DNA of 63,270 bases, filler included, from Asterionella formosa (taxonomy: Eukaryota): assembly GCA_002256025.1 (NCBI GenBank). It is 4 parts of 4 records of this genome, joined end to end, with 100 filler letters (N's around TTAATTAATTAA, not from the genome) between each part and the next. Parts side by side here need not be neighbours in the genome. Positions count along the whole stretch, not along the records: positions 1 to 20,580 come from NKIB01003293.1; 3 more parts are not named here. The stretch is one strand, 5' to 3'. Position 1 is the first letter of the stretch, and every line of letters begins with the position of its first letter. Shown in pieces: positions 1 to 12,574 of this stretch. Position numbers and translations under genes: made by a program. Below the pieces are notes generated by a model that was not told the origin of the DNA, ran no database searches, and saw only the letters and a list, made by a program, of their open reading frames with translations.

Positions 1-1753
1 TATCTAATGGCATAGCCTTAGAGCGTACATGCTCAGGATTGCGGTCGAAGTTTTAAAATTAACAAATCTGCATTTGGTAGGGTCAAACCGTGTTTTTCTC
101 CTGTTCAGTGGGTCACAGCGGTTCCAATTTTTTTTATTGGGTCACAGCAGTTTTTTACTGGTACCATTCCAATGATGACGTTACTGACGATATATCGAGT
201 GGACCTACACCCCTACTTTGTCCAAAGACTGTATTTAAGCATTTGGAAAGCGTGTCGATTGGTGAAAGCCGCGTTGAGGGTTGTACATATTTGATTTATA
301 TGTGGAAAGTATGTGTTTGAGTACTCTGACTCAATATTATTTGATAAGCCCTACCTCGAGCTAGGGGTTCAAATCCAGCAACCTTAAATGAAAAAGAAGA
401 TCTATACTAAGGCCTACGTATCCTACTATTTTTACCTTAGGTTGCAACCAGCCATAGTACATACATTCTTGACACCCTCAGATGCTCTCGAATAGTTCGA
501 TGAATAATTTGAGATGCTCCTGTTCTCACTGACAAAAACTACGACGCCACTATGTCCTGTCGACAAACTTGTTCTGTCTCTGGATGTCTCCTTTTGCCTT
601 GCGACGTTCCCAGATGTGTCCGAACAATTCAAGGTCAACATTTACTACCGGTAGACTGCTAGTGTCTTTCAGCTTCCAGCTTGACTTTTAGAGCTTGTGG
701 AGACCAAGACCTAAGGATATTTGGCTTTTGTAGATGGCTAAAATATTTTTGCTTTTTTGACAGCGTTAGGCATCGTGACGTTTAATGACTCTGAGTACCT
801 GGTACTACCTGATACTCCATGTCGTATCACCTAGTATCGCGACTTTCAATGGTCTCTGGATGTCGTAATTACATGGCTCTCCTACTCCGGATTCATCACG
901 TACCGCTGCCGGGGCACTCTTGCAAGTGACCATGTGATCGACACCATCTTTATTTTTATCATTGTTGAATAATTTGCCTGAACGTCCTGTTACTAGTATT
1001 CTACTGAATGGAGGATTACCTCCTTTCATGACCGTTCAAATTTAATAGAGCACATATTTTACGTTCTTGTCCTCTGTTGTACTTACCGTATATAAAGTAA
1101 GACGACAGTACCAGGAACGAACGAGAAATCGCGAATATTTAATGTGAGGACAACAATGCACATGCGTGTGTACCGGGTGTCAACTGAATCGGTCAACCAG
1201 TTCCGTTGTTCGAATCATTGCTACCACTTTAGGCAGTTGTACTTGTGTAGCCGGTACAAACAGATTGAATAATTTCGGAGTACCAGTGTACCGGTTACCT
1301 GGTACCTGGTACTCGGAGTACGAGGTACCATACCTGTTACTCCTGTTACCTGAAACGTGGTTACCAAGAACGTGCAACACCTGGTACAAACAATCTCCTT
1401 CGATTGTTTTAACGGTTTGTTCTTGGTTGATCTGTCCGCGTGAAATGATCGTTGTTTCTCGCCAATTGGTGAAACGATGATTTTTTGTCCGAATCAGTCA
1501 CGCCACTTCCAAAAATATTGTATGTAACGATTCGTCCCTCGTATTGTGTCAGTTTACAAAAATATTTCAATCAGCAGGTGTCAAAAAAGTAGACGTTTCC
1601 CACAACACTGCTCAGCACATCATTTCTTCCTTATCAGAAAATCGCATCTGCAAAGATCAGCTCCTGATATCAGTGTACACCAACAAAGCCTTTGTGTTCT
1701 TGCTGTAAACAAACCTTTTCGGTTTCCCCTCTTCAGATTCCGTCCCTCGTATA

Positions 1754-2485
1754 ATGACAAAGATTAAGGATCCTGTGGTTCTCCCCTTGCTGGGTGAACT
1801 GGATGAATACTACAATGATGCTTCCACAAAGTCTGTGTCACGGGTGGGAGTCAAATCCGGAGCACAACGAACGATTTCTCCATCGCCTCCATCGTCGCCT
1901 GGTTCTTCTAGACGCGATTCCTACCGGAAGCATGTTCTCTCCGAAGTCTCCTCAGCTGCCTCGGAGCAGACTCTTCACTCAGTGAAGAAAAGGAAGGTTT
2001 CTGGAAGGTGGGATCCTTCAAGCATTGAGCTGGTTGACTCAGAGCTTGATCTCAGCATTGCGGCAATGTACGACATGTTGCTGTTTTCTCACATGGTCAT
2101 GAACTATACCACTGCTAATCCAAGCTTTTGCTGTCGTCTTTGCGATGGCAAAGAGGTTTTCGAATGCCGCTCTGCTACTTCTATATCAAGTCATGTGCCA
2201 AGCATGGAGTATCACATAATGACTTGCTCAGGCAGTCCCCATTGGCTCAAGCAGGTGATTTGGAAGAACAAGGGAAGGGGTGACCCAAAGCAGACTGTCG
2301 AGTATTCAGGGCTTCTCTGGAAGCGAATGATGGCGTATCGCATTCCTAAAGCACGTCAAAGCCGTGTAGTTCACTTTGCTGAACACCATCAGGCGATACT
2401 CATTCCGCGATGCAATGCTGGGAGGCCATGCCGCCGAGTGCATGCTGAGGAGCAAACGGAACAATGCAAGGGAAAGAAATGCTAA
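1754..2485 (+). CDS. Hypothetical protein (243 aa), possible Zn-binding domain
   Basis: ATG-initiated ORF followed by an AT-rich 3' region. Ser-rich N-terminus; CCRLC...H-x3-C motif. No family recognised. Confidence 0.6.
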   Translation: MTKIKDPVVLPLLGELDEYYNDASTKSVSRVGVKSGAQRTISPSPPSSPGSSRRDSYRKHVLSEVSSAASEQTLHSVKKRKVSGRWDPSSIELVDSELDLSIAAMYDMLLFSHMVMNYTTANPSFCCRLCDGKEVFECRSATSISSHVPSMEYHIMTCSGSPHWLKQVIWKNKGRGDPKQTVEYSGLLWKRMMAYRIPKARQSRVVHFAEHHQAILIPRCNAGRPCRRVHAEEQTEQCKGKKC

Positions 2486-2546
2486 TTTTCCAAGATTAAT
2501 AAAGTACTGTATTTAATATATTTTATAGTCAAAATGTGTTTATAAC

Positions 2547-4361
2547 CTACCCGGCTACTTCATCAGTTTCCACAAATGAGTTTCCACCTTTCGCATCCAT
2601 GTGCAGAAAGGAACATCCTTTAGCACGCTTACAAGTGCCTAAGTGGTAATCCATACAGTGTTGCGAGTGCTCTCGTTTCCACAGAGAGAGCTGCTCCTCT
2701 TTTGAATCTGCTTTGAGCCTCTGAATTGTCTCGAGAGATGGCACTTCAGCACCAATACGGAGGTAGTGCTCCAAATCAGATTTGCCTTCACGTTTAGCCT
2801 TTCGCATCATGCGGGCTTCAAATGCCTTTCGTTTGCATTCCTCCCGTTTCTTCGTTTCGAGGGCCTCCTTCTCTCGAGCAGACTTATCCATGTCAATTAC
2901 GAAAGATTCAGGGAACTTAATGTACTGCTCCAAACGTTTAACAACTGATTGGACTTCACTTATGGACTGACATGCAACACACTCTTCCATCAGTTGGAAC
3001 TTGTTCAGACCATCCCTCAAGATCCGACGGGTGTGAAAGACAATAGTTCGACTCTTGATTGGATATCGCCGAACCAACTGCAAGTACTCTTTTGCCAAGG
3101 AAATTTTGTCATCAGCGGCTGCATACAGTGCACCAAGAGTAGTCTTCTCCATCCTTGGTCCCGTCCAACTGGAAGTTCCAGCAGCAGTACAAACTTCACT
3201 ATCCAGCTTGGCCATCTCTTTTATCAGGCCATCCTTTTTTTCAAGCTTACTTTTTTGCTCTTCGTTGACAGCTACGCAATCTGAATCAATCATAGACTCA
3301 ATCTTTTCAATCTCACGAAGTTTCTTGAGAATCTTACGTTTCTGTTTGTCGCCTCTGTCGGCGACAAGCACAGCTGCCCCAGGCAAGAACGATGGATTTG
3401 CAATCTCAATTTTCTTGCAAGATTCAGCACGAGAACCCAGTCTCGGAAGAAACAAGGCCGGATTGTCCAGGATGCCTTCTGCACTCATCACGCCATCAGC
3501 TTTGGTCGAGGCAAGATTCCTCTCAACATCGTCAAAGGTGATGACATTTCCATTAGCAATTATAGGGATATCCGTTATTACTTTCTTAATCGCTTCAATG
3601 TGCTCCAATAATGCAGGTCCATCTCGTGCTCCCGCTCCATCACGGTGGAAAGTTGCACGGAAGCGGGCGTGAATGGCAATCAATGACGCACCAGCGTCTC
3701 GCAATTGCTGACATAGTTGAATCGTGTCTTCTAGTGTGTCCATGAGCCGTATCTTGACAAAGATAGGAATAGACACAGCCTGTCGTCCGGACTTCACGAT
3801 GCTAATAACGAGGTCCCGATCCTCTGGACCCAGCAAATAGGAACCGAAATGCCCGACATGTGCAGTCCGTTGTGGGCAACCCAAGTTTAGGTCAATGGCA
3901 TCACATTGATGTTCGCATAGTTTTGCTGCAGCTGCAAAGGTCTCTGGATTGTTTGCCGAAAAATGACATACCAATGGTCTATCTTCTGGAATTGTTTGAA
4001 ACTCTGCTATTCGATAAGCTTCATCCCGAACAAAAAGCTCCGACGACATCATTGGGGTATACGCAAGTTGGGCTCCATATTTGCGACAAAGCATTCGAAA
4101 TGCAAGCTCAGAGGCTCCAACCATGGGAGCTAAAATGTATTTGTGTTCGAATTCAACAGGCCGTGGGTGAACCTCTTCACTGAGCGTCACCCTAACTCGA
4201 GCTTTCTTCAATGCGCCGTCTATGTTGTCGGCGCCTACTAATTGTCGCTTCTTCTCCTTCTTTGTTTTCTTTTCGCTTTTGCTGGACTTCTCACCATTCT
4301 CCTTCTTCCTTTTCTTTTTCTCGGACGAGGGCACGTGGTTTATTTCTTCTGATCCCGACAT
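2547..4361 (-). CDS. tRNA-dihydrouridine synthase, DUS1-like, with coiled-coil insert and C-terminal CCCH zinc finger
   Basis: 604-aa ORF with Dus motifs LAPMVGASELAFRMLCRKYG, DRPL, DLNLGCPQ, VKIR, IHAR, IANGNV and GVMSAEG. The C-terminus has CMDYHLGTCKRAKGCSFLH. Confidence 0.92.
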   Translation of the reverse strand: MSGSEEINHVPSSEKKKRKKENGEKSSKSEKKTKKEKKRQLVGADNIDGALKKARVRVTLSEEVHPRPVEFEHKYILAPMVGASELAFRMLCRKYGAQLAYTPMMSSELFVRDEAYRIAEFQTIPEDRPLVCHFSANNPETFAAAAKLCEHQCDAIDLNLGCPQRTAHVGHFGSYLLGPEDRDLVISIVKSGRQAVSIPIFVKIRLMDTLEDTIQLCQQLRDAGASLIAIHARFRATFHRDGAGARDGPALLEHIEAIKKVITDIPIIANGNVITFDDVERNLASTKADGVMSAEGILDNPALFLPRLGSRAESCKKIEIANPSFLPGAAVLVADRGDKQKRKILKKLREIEKIESMIDSDCVAVNEEQKSKLEKKDGLIKEMAKLDSEVCTAAGTSSWTGPRMEKTTLGALYAAADDKISLAKEYLQLVRRYPIKSRTIVFHTRRILRDGLNKFQLMEECVACQSISEVQSVVKRLEQYIKFPESFVIDMDKSAREKEALETKKREECKRKAFEARMMRKAKREGKSDLEHYLRIGAEVPSLETIQRLKADSKEEQLSLWKREHSQHCMDYHLGTCKRAKGCSFLHMDAKGGNSFVETDEVAG

Positions 4362-7300
4362 GGCGATGAAGAAGGAACCTAATTTGTGAGCAACTTGGTG
4401 CTTGTCTTGATGTATGTGTATAACTGATCGGTAGACTGTTCGATTTCCGCTTTTTTGTGGGTGGGCAATGTAAATACTGGAATGTACCGGTATATGTTAT
4501 TAGACCGACGGATCAATGGACAGGACATTAAATACCGGTGGTAGTTGTTGTAACTTCCTTTGTTCTTCTTTCTTGTCGTGTTTACGAATAAGGCAAATAT
4601 CGTTACTTCATATACTACCACCAGGTTCCTGGTACCTGGTACCAGGTTCCTGTTACCTATGACACTCCTGGTACCGGTACCAGGTAGACCAGGTATACTC
4701 AGCATGGCTGACATAATAAATTTGTTGATGGTCTAAAAGGTACCACATATTTTATTCATACTACCGCTGGTAGCTAATAGACCCTTCTACATATTCTGGT
4801 CCCTGGTACTTCTATATTGTCATGTATGAGGAATCTTATTCTAGAAACGCCAGGTAACAGCCCTCCTGTTTACTATAGTATGAGGCCCAATAAGTTCCCC
4901 AAGCAACTCTCTTTTTTGCAAGATATTTGCCTTGCTAAATCCTGATGACCATGGCACTCTTTCATTCCTAGTACTTTTCCCATGTTGTCATTGCATCCAT
5001 CTGCTTCTTAGATTGCTGAAATACTTGTTATAGCAGTATTTCTACTTCTTATTATTGGAATGATAAGTAGAAACATCAAAGAGATGCAGCAGTCCCTTGT
5101 TGCTTGTGTGTGGTTCTGACAAATGTCATGTTTGTTGATGCCAATGGATACCTCCATTCATGACTACATAAATTACCAATACTATAAATCAATTCTCAGT
5201 TCATTAATGACATCATGTTGTTGTCTTGGTCTAGCCTTCATGTTATTTGCAGCACAGCTGCTGCGAAAGTGTCAAATCTGTACGCAACATACTTCTTTTG
5301 AATTGTACATCCTTAAATGACACGAAAAATGCGCTATCGGCGACTCCAGTTTTTGTTGTCAATATTAGTTTTAATACAATAATTATTTTACAATTGCATT
5401 TTCTATGTTATGCCTGATATATGTACCAAATTCGAAAGCACTTTCATGGAGATATTTGCTAGTACTAGTTTCATCATGGTCAAGGCTGAGACAACGACAG
5501 GTTGTGAGATAGCTACTCCAGCCTTCTTGCACAAGTAATACATAGTGTTATATATACCAAAAGAATTGCATTGTTTCAGCCAAATAATTTCACACAAGAG
5601 GCTACAGGGGACAAACAGTGTAGTACTCTGACGATGATTCCAGCCATGATGAGCTTAATAGCTATACTAATTGGTTTGGCTATAAAGTACTAGCTAGTAC
5701 CGGACTTGAATTAACAATGCAATCACTTCGCCATGGCGCCGTATGTACTTGTTTTCTTTAAGCTAGGAGTTTAATGGTTGTTGACAACAGCCATGAGCAT
5801 CAGATGGCCCAGTATTTCATTTGTTCACATCATGCAACTAGCTAGTGCTACTGATGCGTAGTACTCCTAGTAGCTAATAGTCTAGTATTGTACTACTAGT
5901 GGAGCACCATTGTGCCATACATTGACCTGAGTTTCCTAATTCCACCACCTGGAGGCAAATCATACCAACAGGGTATTTCAGATTTCCCGATTCCTTAGTA
6001 AGGGCGAAGCAGTTCGACGCTTGGTGTATGTCATTATCTAGCTATCCAACAATAGGAACGAATTATCTCCGCCAGATACCTGCAGGTTTCGAAAATAATT
6101 GTAAGTTCACGATTAGGAATTGGCGTAAGCCAGCAAGGAGAGTCGGAGTGACTCATAGTCACAGTATCAAGCAACAAACCCAGAATTCATCTGAACAGAA
6201 CACTAGTGTCACTTCTTTTTGCGTTTATACTAGTTATCGAAGTAATGAAGCAAATCCATCGACCATCTAATAGCTACACTAGTAAGGTCGCACTGTTGTT
6301 ACTGCTGCTACAGCAGCAAAACATTTGAAGTAGGTAATAGGAGACAGTTGTCAGATATTGCCAACTAATAGCTACCGGGATAGCTACTACTTATATCTCA
6401 GATCTGATAAAATACATTCACTGCCCTCATTTTAACGACTCCAGTACTATACGGAGCGATCCAACCGATGTCTATCATTTCTTTTGAAATCGTGGTTTTT
6501 GTTGCTGTGCAGCCTTGAAAAGGATGGAACCAACTCCGAGGGTCGGAGTCGAAGAATTCAATGTTGAAGTTGTCAAAGAAGAACACAGCTACCCGGGCCT
6601 CGCTCACAAACAGAACCAGGAAACGGCTTACATTCTTGACTTTCGTACTCTTGGCTGCCTGTATGTATAATGGGCTTCAAAATGCATTACGTATGTACCA
6701 GCAAAAGTATCAAATTGAGATAGCTGTCATGGAACTTCAACACAGTATTCTGATTGGCAGTGCTGTCGAGGAATTTTTGTCATAGCTTGACTCCCGCAGT
6801 CAAATCAATTGCAGCATACTAGCAGGACCCAATTTCAAAGCTTTACTATTCATTTTACCGGTAGACTATATTTATCTTCTTCGATGGTATGATCGATAGA
6901 CGGCGCCGGCAGGTCGAGCACGACTCCGACAACGATTCAAATAGATAAGGACCCAAAGTGACAGGCACGTCATGATATGTCGTTTTGCAATCAACTTCTT
7001 GATTTTGATGAAGAATTTCGTGAAATAGTGAGATGCTTCGCCCCTCGAAATAAATCGCACTCAAATTTCGGCGTCGGAGACCTTAATCCATGTATATACA
7101 TATAACGAGGCTGCCATTCTTGTCCTCGGAGTCTCTACCCTCAAACTGTGTAGGCTTTGGTATTACGTGATGTTCCCTTGAAATGCTTTGACCAATCACT
7201 GAACGAGATACATGATAATACACATAAAACCAAAGCAGGGAAGAATTTAGCAAACAGTCGATGGCGATAAGACGTGCCGTTGGTAATCACGATTCGTTGC

Positions 7301-7846
7301 CATAAGAGGTGCTATCAATCGTGTCAACCGTGTTCCTCGCCCCTCAGTTTCGGCATTGGCTTCATTGTCGATTTGGACTCTTACGAGGTGAGTTGCGTCT
7401 CGATTGCGCACTTCTCATCATTGCGATAATCGAAAGACGCCGTTGTTCTACTCCGCGCAGTCTCGTCCACTTGCTTGTTGCGCGCCGCCGCGTGCGAGCG
7501 TTGCTGGTTCTTGGTTCCACGATCGGATATTCTTGAACCTCTGCTGCTGCCTTGCGTGTCGCCGTCGATCGATGTCGACCATGAATAAGACAGAGAAGCT
7601 GCATACGTCGTTCTCTTTGACTATACACATGCTGAGAATTCCTTCTAACAGTAGCTGCTCTTTCATCGTGCCAGTGACCCCTTAATACCGTGTATACACA
7701 TCAATACATCTTCCATTGAGAAGTACAGGAGTCCTTAATAATCAACAGGACAGGACCGTGGAACGTTCATTCTAATTTTCACTTGCTACGTCCTTTCTTG
7801 TGCTGCTCTCGTTCGCCACATAAAACCCCCGAGTCTCTGAAGTGAT

Positions 7847-9946
7847 ATGATGACATATTCGCAAGTATTTGCTGCTCCTATCCCCCAACAAATGAGCGAC
7901 GACCACAACCCAGCTAGCGAACTCGACGAGAGAATGGACAAATCAAATATGAACTCTCCTCACAAGGTCAAGTACGAATCAACTGCTGACGGAGATGTCA
8001 GATCTTTTGTCGTGGAGCTGGATGACGAAGCCAAGCGCGAAGGACTAAACCGCACCGACGCATTCAGGGACGGGCCAATACATGAGCCAAGGCAACGCTC
8101 TGCGATGGCCAACAACGGGGCTACACACACGAGAGACTTATCGGCTCACTTTTTTGATGCGACCAGGTTGACAGATGCGCTAGAAGGGGAAGTGCCAGGA
8201 AACAGTTTTCAGTATCAACACAACCGACCAAATCTATCACACCCTGAAGGGCATGTTACTTATATGAATGCAGGCGGCCCTCCGCCGATATCACCAGCAG
8301 GAAACACTGGGCAAAAACACCGACGCGGCTATTCGGGAGATGTTTCCAACCCAGTTGTGGCGCATCGCCGTATCAACTCTATCGGAAACTCGGCTCCAGT
8401 GGACAGAAACTATGCATACTACGCCGGTCATGGTGGAGCCTTTCAGCCTCCAGCCCTTCGACCTTCCTATGGACATCGTCGCGAGGATTCATCTGGTCTA
8501 GATATACTCTCTGCTGTGGCGAACGTTTCTAAGGAGGAGCTTGCAATGGCTGCAGGACGACCGACCCCCACTGTAACATGGGACAATCCTCCAGAACCAC
8601 GGCGCCCAACTGAAGTCCTGCGGATGTCTCCTTCTGCTGTGAGTGCTGCATCATATGACTATCCACGCGGCCCTCCCCAGAATCACCCCTATCATCCTGG
8701 CTATCCTCCACCCGCCAATATTGGACCTTATCAGCATGCGTCACCCCATCCCTACCATGCTTTTTATCCCCCTGATGGTCCTCCACAATATCATCAACGG
8801 GTTCCAAATGCTTCTCCTTATCCTACTCAGTATGCTCCAGCAAGAAGTACTGATCATTATTCCAAACCATCATACGCTCCTCAACAACCAATAATGTCCA
8901 AGTCCCAAATGGGAGAAGGGTCACGTCGTGTTTTCGATGAGAGAATTGACACCGATGAACGGTTATTTGACCACCAGCAAGGGCATGGCTGGAATGATAA
9001 TCAAAATACAGGAACAACTCAAGGTGGAACCAACCTCACAAATCCGCCCACTGTAGGACATCATCGTAAACTTTCTTCCTATTCGAGCATTAGTACTTTG
9101 ATGAACTCGGCGTTGTTTCCAGAACCAGGAGAGGCGCCTATTTCCCAAGCCGCCGAGAAGAAGTTTAGCGGTCACCATAGGGCCACTTCATCTTCGGTTT
9201 CCTTTCTTCACGGTCTCGAGGACGCAGGCGACTTGTTTCTTCATAATCTCGGTGCAGCTCAAGGGGTCGCGTATCAAGCTACATTTAGCCCTCCATCCAC
9301 CAAGAAGACTGTCGCTAGTCAACCACCGGAAACCAAGTCTAGTGTCGCTGTTGTCAGCACCAATCAAGGGTCTGGAAAATTACTTGCAGAGGGTGGAACG
9401 AGTAAGAGGGTGAGACGAAAGTGCACTGCTGACAATTGCCCAAACCGGGTCGTTCAAGGAGGATTATGTATTTCACATGGAGCAAAACGAAAGATTTGCA
9501 ATCATCCTGGGTGTTTCAAAAATGTGAAGAAGGCTGGCCTGTGTAGTACGCATGGCCCCGCTCGTAGACGGTGCGACGTAGGTGGGTGCGGCAAGGTGGC
9601 GGTGCAGGGTGGTCGCTGTATCGCTCATGGAGCCAAGAAAAAGTTATGCGAAAAGGAAGGGTGCTGCAAACAAGCTATTTTGAGCGGGATGTGCAAGAAG
9701 CACCACGATTTGAGCCAAGGTATTGCAAGTGATCGCGGGGTGGGCGAAGAAGGAGGAGACGATGATGACGATGATGGCGAGGAGGACGAAGAACGAACTT
9801 GTGGTGACATTTCTACAAAGCCACCAACAAGCAAGGTATCATTGCACCGTCGAGGTCTTTCGATTTTTCAAGAGATAAGTGCTGAGTCTGTTCATACTTT
9901 ACTTTCTCATGACGAGGAGATGGGTGGGATGCACCCTCTCATGTAG
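7847..9946 (+). CDS. Zinc-finger protein with four tandem C-x4-C-x9-C-x2-H repeats (stramenopile WRKY19-like family), probable transcription regulator
   Basis: 699-aa ORF with a low-complexity Pro/Tyr/His-rich N-terminal region. Repeats: CTADNC..GGLCISHG, CNHPGC..AGLCSTHG, CDVGGC..GGRCIAHG, CEKEGC..SGMCKKH. Start codon uncertain. Confidence 0.85.
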   Translation: MMTYSQVFAAPIPQQMSDDHNPASELDERMDKSNMNSPHKVKYESTADGDVRSFVVELDDEAKREGLNRTDAFRDGPIHEPRQRSAMANNGATHTRDLSAHFFDATRLTDALEGEVPGNSFQYQHNRPNLSHPEGHVTYMNAGGPPPISPAGNTGQKHRRGYSGDVSNPVVAHRRINSIGNSAPVDRNYAYYAGHGGAFQPPALRPSYGHRREDSSGLDILSAVANVSKEELAMAAGRPTPTVTWDNPPEPRRPTEVLRMSPSAVSAASYDYPRGPPQNHPYHPGYPPPANIGPYQHASPHPYHAFYPPDGPPQYHQRVPNASPYPTQYAPARSTDHYSKPSYAPQQPIMSKSQMGEGSRRVFDERIDTDERLFDHQQGHGWNDNQNTGTTQGGTNLTNPPTVGHHRKLSSYSSISTLMNSALFPEPGEAPISQAAEKKFSGHHRATSSSVSFLHGLEDAGDLFLHNLGAAQGVAYQATFSPPSTKKTVASQPPETKSSVAVVSTNQGSGKLLAEGGTSKRVRRKCTADNCPNRVVQGGLCISHGAKRKICNHPGCFKNVKKAGLCSTHGPARRRCDVGGCGKVAVQGGRCIAHGAKKKLCEKEGCCKQAILSGMCKKHHDLSQGIASDRGVGEEGGDDDDDDGEEDEERTCGDISTKPPTSKVSLHRRGLSIFQEISAESVHTLLSHDEEMGGMHPLM

Positions 9947-10578
9947 ATTTAATGGCCTCCTTTGTAGTGTTGGGTTTTACGGTTTCTGTTGTGAAGCGTG
10001 CGCTTTACTATATTGTACAGTATCTATAACGCCGAGAAATAGGCAATAAGTTTTTCATTCCACTTTTTTCAAACAAATTCTATTGTTTATCAGTAGTATA
10101 TAAGACTTTCAACGATGTGGTCTTAATCTTTAGCAAACCTTGACACCACAGGTACCATGTTCACTGATAGCATTTGTACTAGTTGCTGGTGAGTTCGGTA
10201 TATTTTTCGCCCAGATTGCTTCGGTCGTGAAGCAATTCACCGCCTCTGTCCACAGCCATGAAATCAGCAGAAGTTCTGCTTATGCATGTATAGACTACGT
10301 ACCTGGTACCAGGGTACCCTGGTAGTTAAACTAATTACTCTTACATCACCCTAAAGGAGCTTGTGAGGTACTAGCACCTTTATACAAAAATGAATTCTTT
10401 TCTATGCTGCTCCAGCCAATCATTCCGGCCTTCTCAGCACACTCGTGAAGCAAAATGACTGTGAAAAGAATTGGTCATTTTCGCTCATTGTCGGTTCACC
10501 GTCGTTTTAAGCGTCAATAAGTACGAGTTCTTTTATGCTCCTCCTGATGATCTTAAGTAAACACTGCGGTCGATGAAT

Positions 10579-11637
10579 CTATGACTGCGTCATGCTAGCT
10601 ACATAGCTTGGCAATCCCAATGCTTGGTCACCTCCATTTAGCACAGCTGTTTTGGCTTCGGTGTTAAAGGTAGATGGCAATTTCTGGTCCATCATCATGC
10701 CGCTCATGATCATGGCTACATCTCTTAAACTCTGCTGAGGAATCTGCTCCCTTTCTTCTTGATTCAAATCATCGACAATGGCAGCAAAAAGAAGTATAAG
10801 ACAGGGGTCCATGTTGGGCGCAACTTCGATTTTCCAATTGTTCCGAGTTCGTTCCATCAATCCCGCTGGTCTGTTAGCCTGTTCAAATATGAATCGTCGA
10901 CTGGAAATGCCGCGCTTACCAACATACGATGGTACAAAGCTGGTTCCATCCCACACACACATTGGATATTGCAATGCACAAGGAGCACCAACGACTTCGG
11001 CCCATTCGTACAAGCCCATACGCGAGTTGGACGTCTTTTTTGCTGGTTTCTGCGCCGGGAGAATGGGCCGACAGCTGAAAATCTTATATATGAAGCCATT
11101 TTCCAATGCCTCCTTGGAGCATACTGCAATGAAGCGTTTGTCGTCGTCCCGAAGGATGAGCTTGTTCTCTTTCTTCTTTTTGGATGGTTTGATCTTGACA
11201 TTGAGGCCATTGGAGAAAGCTCTTCTGCCATCCGATCGTAGAATAGGATAGCAATCATCTTCTGTTGATGATAGGATGCCTTCCTTCATGGAAAGAATCG
11301 TGATTTCGGTCGAGTTTCTGGGTGGTAGATCAGCTGTGCAGCGACAAGTGAGAGGAGGAAAGGAGAAGTTAGTATTACACAGGATGATCGTAGGTAGTTC
11401 TTTGGCGGGTGTGGTAACTTTCACCCGGTGATTGAGAACAAAAATTCTATTAGCCTTACCGTAATCATCAATTGCGCCTCCAAAAGAAGTCGATGTATCA
11501 CTTGCTCTGGTGAAAATTGAGTGCTCTGAGTTTCGTCTCCTTTGCCCTTCTTTCGCTGGCTCAGCAAGTATGGTCATCCTCGCGCGCTGAGAATTCGTAA
11601 TAAGAACCTTCGTCCTTTCTCCTTCGCCTTCCTTCAT
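10579..11637 (-). CDS. Tubby C-terminal-like / LURP1-like protein
   Basis: Likely ATG at 11637 (MKEGEG). The C-terminal WKIEVAPNMDPCLILLFAAIVD matches the Tub_2/LURP pattern (VAPxxDxxLxxxxxxxxD). A possible in-frame intron GTAAGG...GCACAG lies at about 11459-11334. Confidence 0.6.
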   Translation of the reverse strand: MKEGEGERTKVLITNSQRARMTILAEPAKEGQRRRNSEHSIFTRASDTSTSFGGAIDDYGKANRIFVLNHRVKVTTPAKELPTIILCNTNFSFPPLTCRCTADLPPRNSTEITILSMKEGILSSTEDDCYPILRSDGRRAFSNGLNVKIKPSKKKKENKLILRDDDKRFIAVCSKEALENGFIYKIFSCRPILPAQKPAKKTSNSRMGLYEWAEVVGAPCALQYPMCVWDGTSFVPSYVGKRGISSRRFIFEQANRPAGLMERTRNNWKIEVAPNMDPCLILLFAAIVDDLNQEEREQIPQQSLRDVAMIMSGMMMDQKLPSTFNTEAKTAVLNGGDQALGLPSYVASMTQS

Positions 11638-12574
11638 ATCTGTTCCGATAAAAATCTTCGTAGTTTCGTAACTGATTGTGGGCGATGATGTGAAAGGAAT
11701 GAAAAAATATGTTCCTTTGATTATTGTTGTTGGTATTTCGATCGAATTTGTATGATGGCATATCTCATGCAGAGCAAGCATTTTTGCAATACCAGTAAAC
11801 TATAGGATATACACGTACTAGCTAGCTGTACACATATTCCGATATATATCTTTTCAACAATTCCATTGTTACAGCTTCCGGTTTGTTCCTCAATTTTTCA
11901 CGACCATTTTGTCATACGTACCGGATACTATTACCGCACAACCCTTGAAACAACATGGAATTCTCGCACTCCATGTCAATTCCTTACGGTATGCATATGC
12001 GAAGGGAAGGACAGTGGACGACCAGGTATCAATAATTGTTCGCATTCTATGTCATTCGAAATGATTTACCGGGGTACCGGTAACAAGTTTCAAATAAGTG
12101 GGTACTCTATCTACAGGTAAATCATCCACCGATATAGGTACATATAAGTGATTGAGATATGCAGACATCATCTGCCGGTATGCAGTTTTCAGGCTTCGTT
12201 TCGAGACAGAAGACATATACCGGTACTAGGCACTTGCCACAATCATTTACTGGTATTTTGTTACATCATAATTATTACGACTGGTATTACTATGCATGGC
12301 TGACAAAACGAGAACCTAATGCTTATCGAAGTAATGGCATATGTACACTAGAAGCTACGGCCAAGACAATCTAAACGAGTGAACAGCGAATAAAAGGGTC
12401 ATGCTAGTCTCAATACGTGATGCGGTCATGAGGCAGCACAGTTGAGTCACGATGATCCTTAAGGTTCCAGACATAGTAGACTAATACGACCGCTTGGGAT
12501 TCGAGGAGGTCAAACTTTATTTCCCATACCGGTATTCGCTTTACCCAAAACAGAATTACCCGTAGAATACGACA

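Noticed and set aside
325..395. GGTTCAAATCC B-box-like motif
   Set aside because: No convincing A-box, cloverleaf or TSD.
2766..4183. Antisense and alternate-frame ORFs overlapping DUS (and similar ORFs over other long genes)
   Set aside because: Shadow ORFs of real coding sequence with no independent motifs.
4900..7300. Short ORFs between DUS and the zinc-finger gene
   Set aside because: No recognisable motifs or consistent exon chain; possibly decayed sequence.
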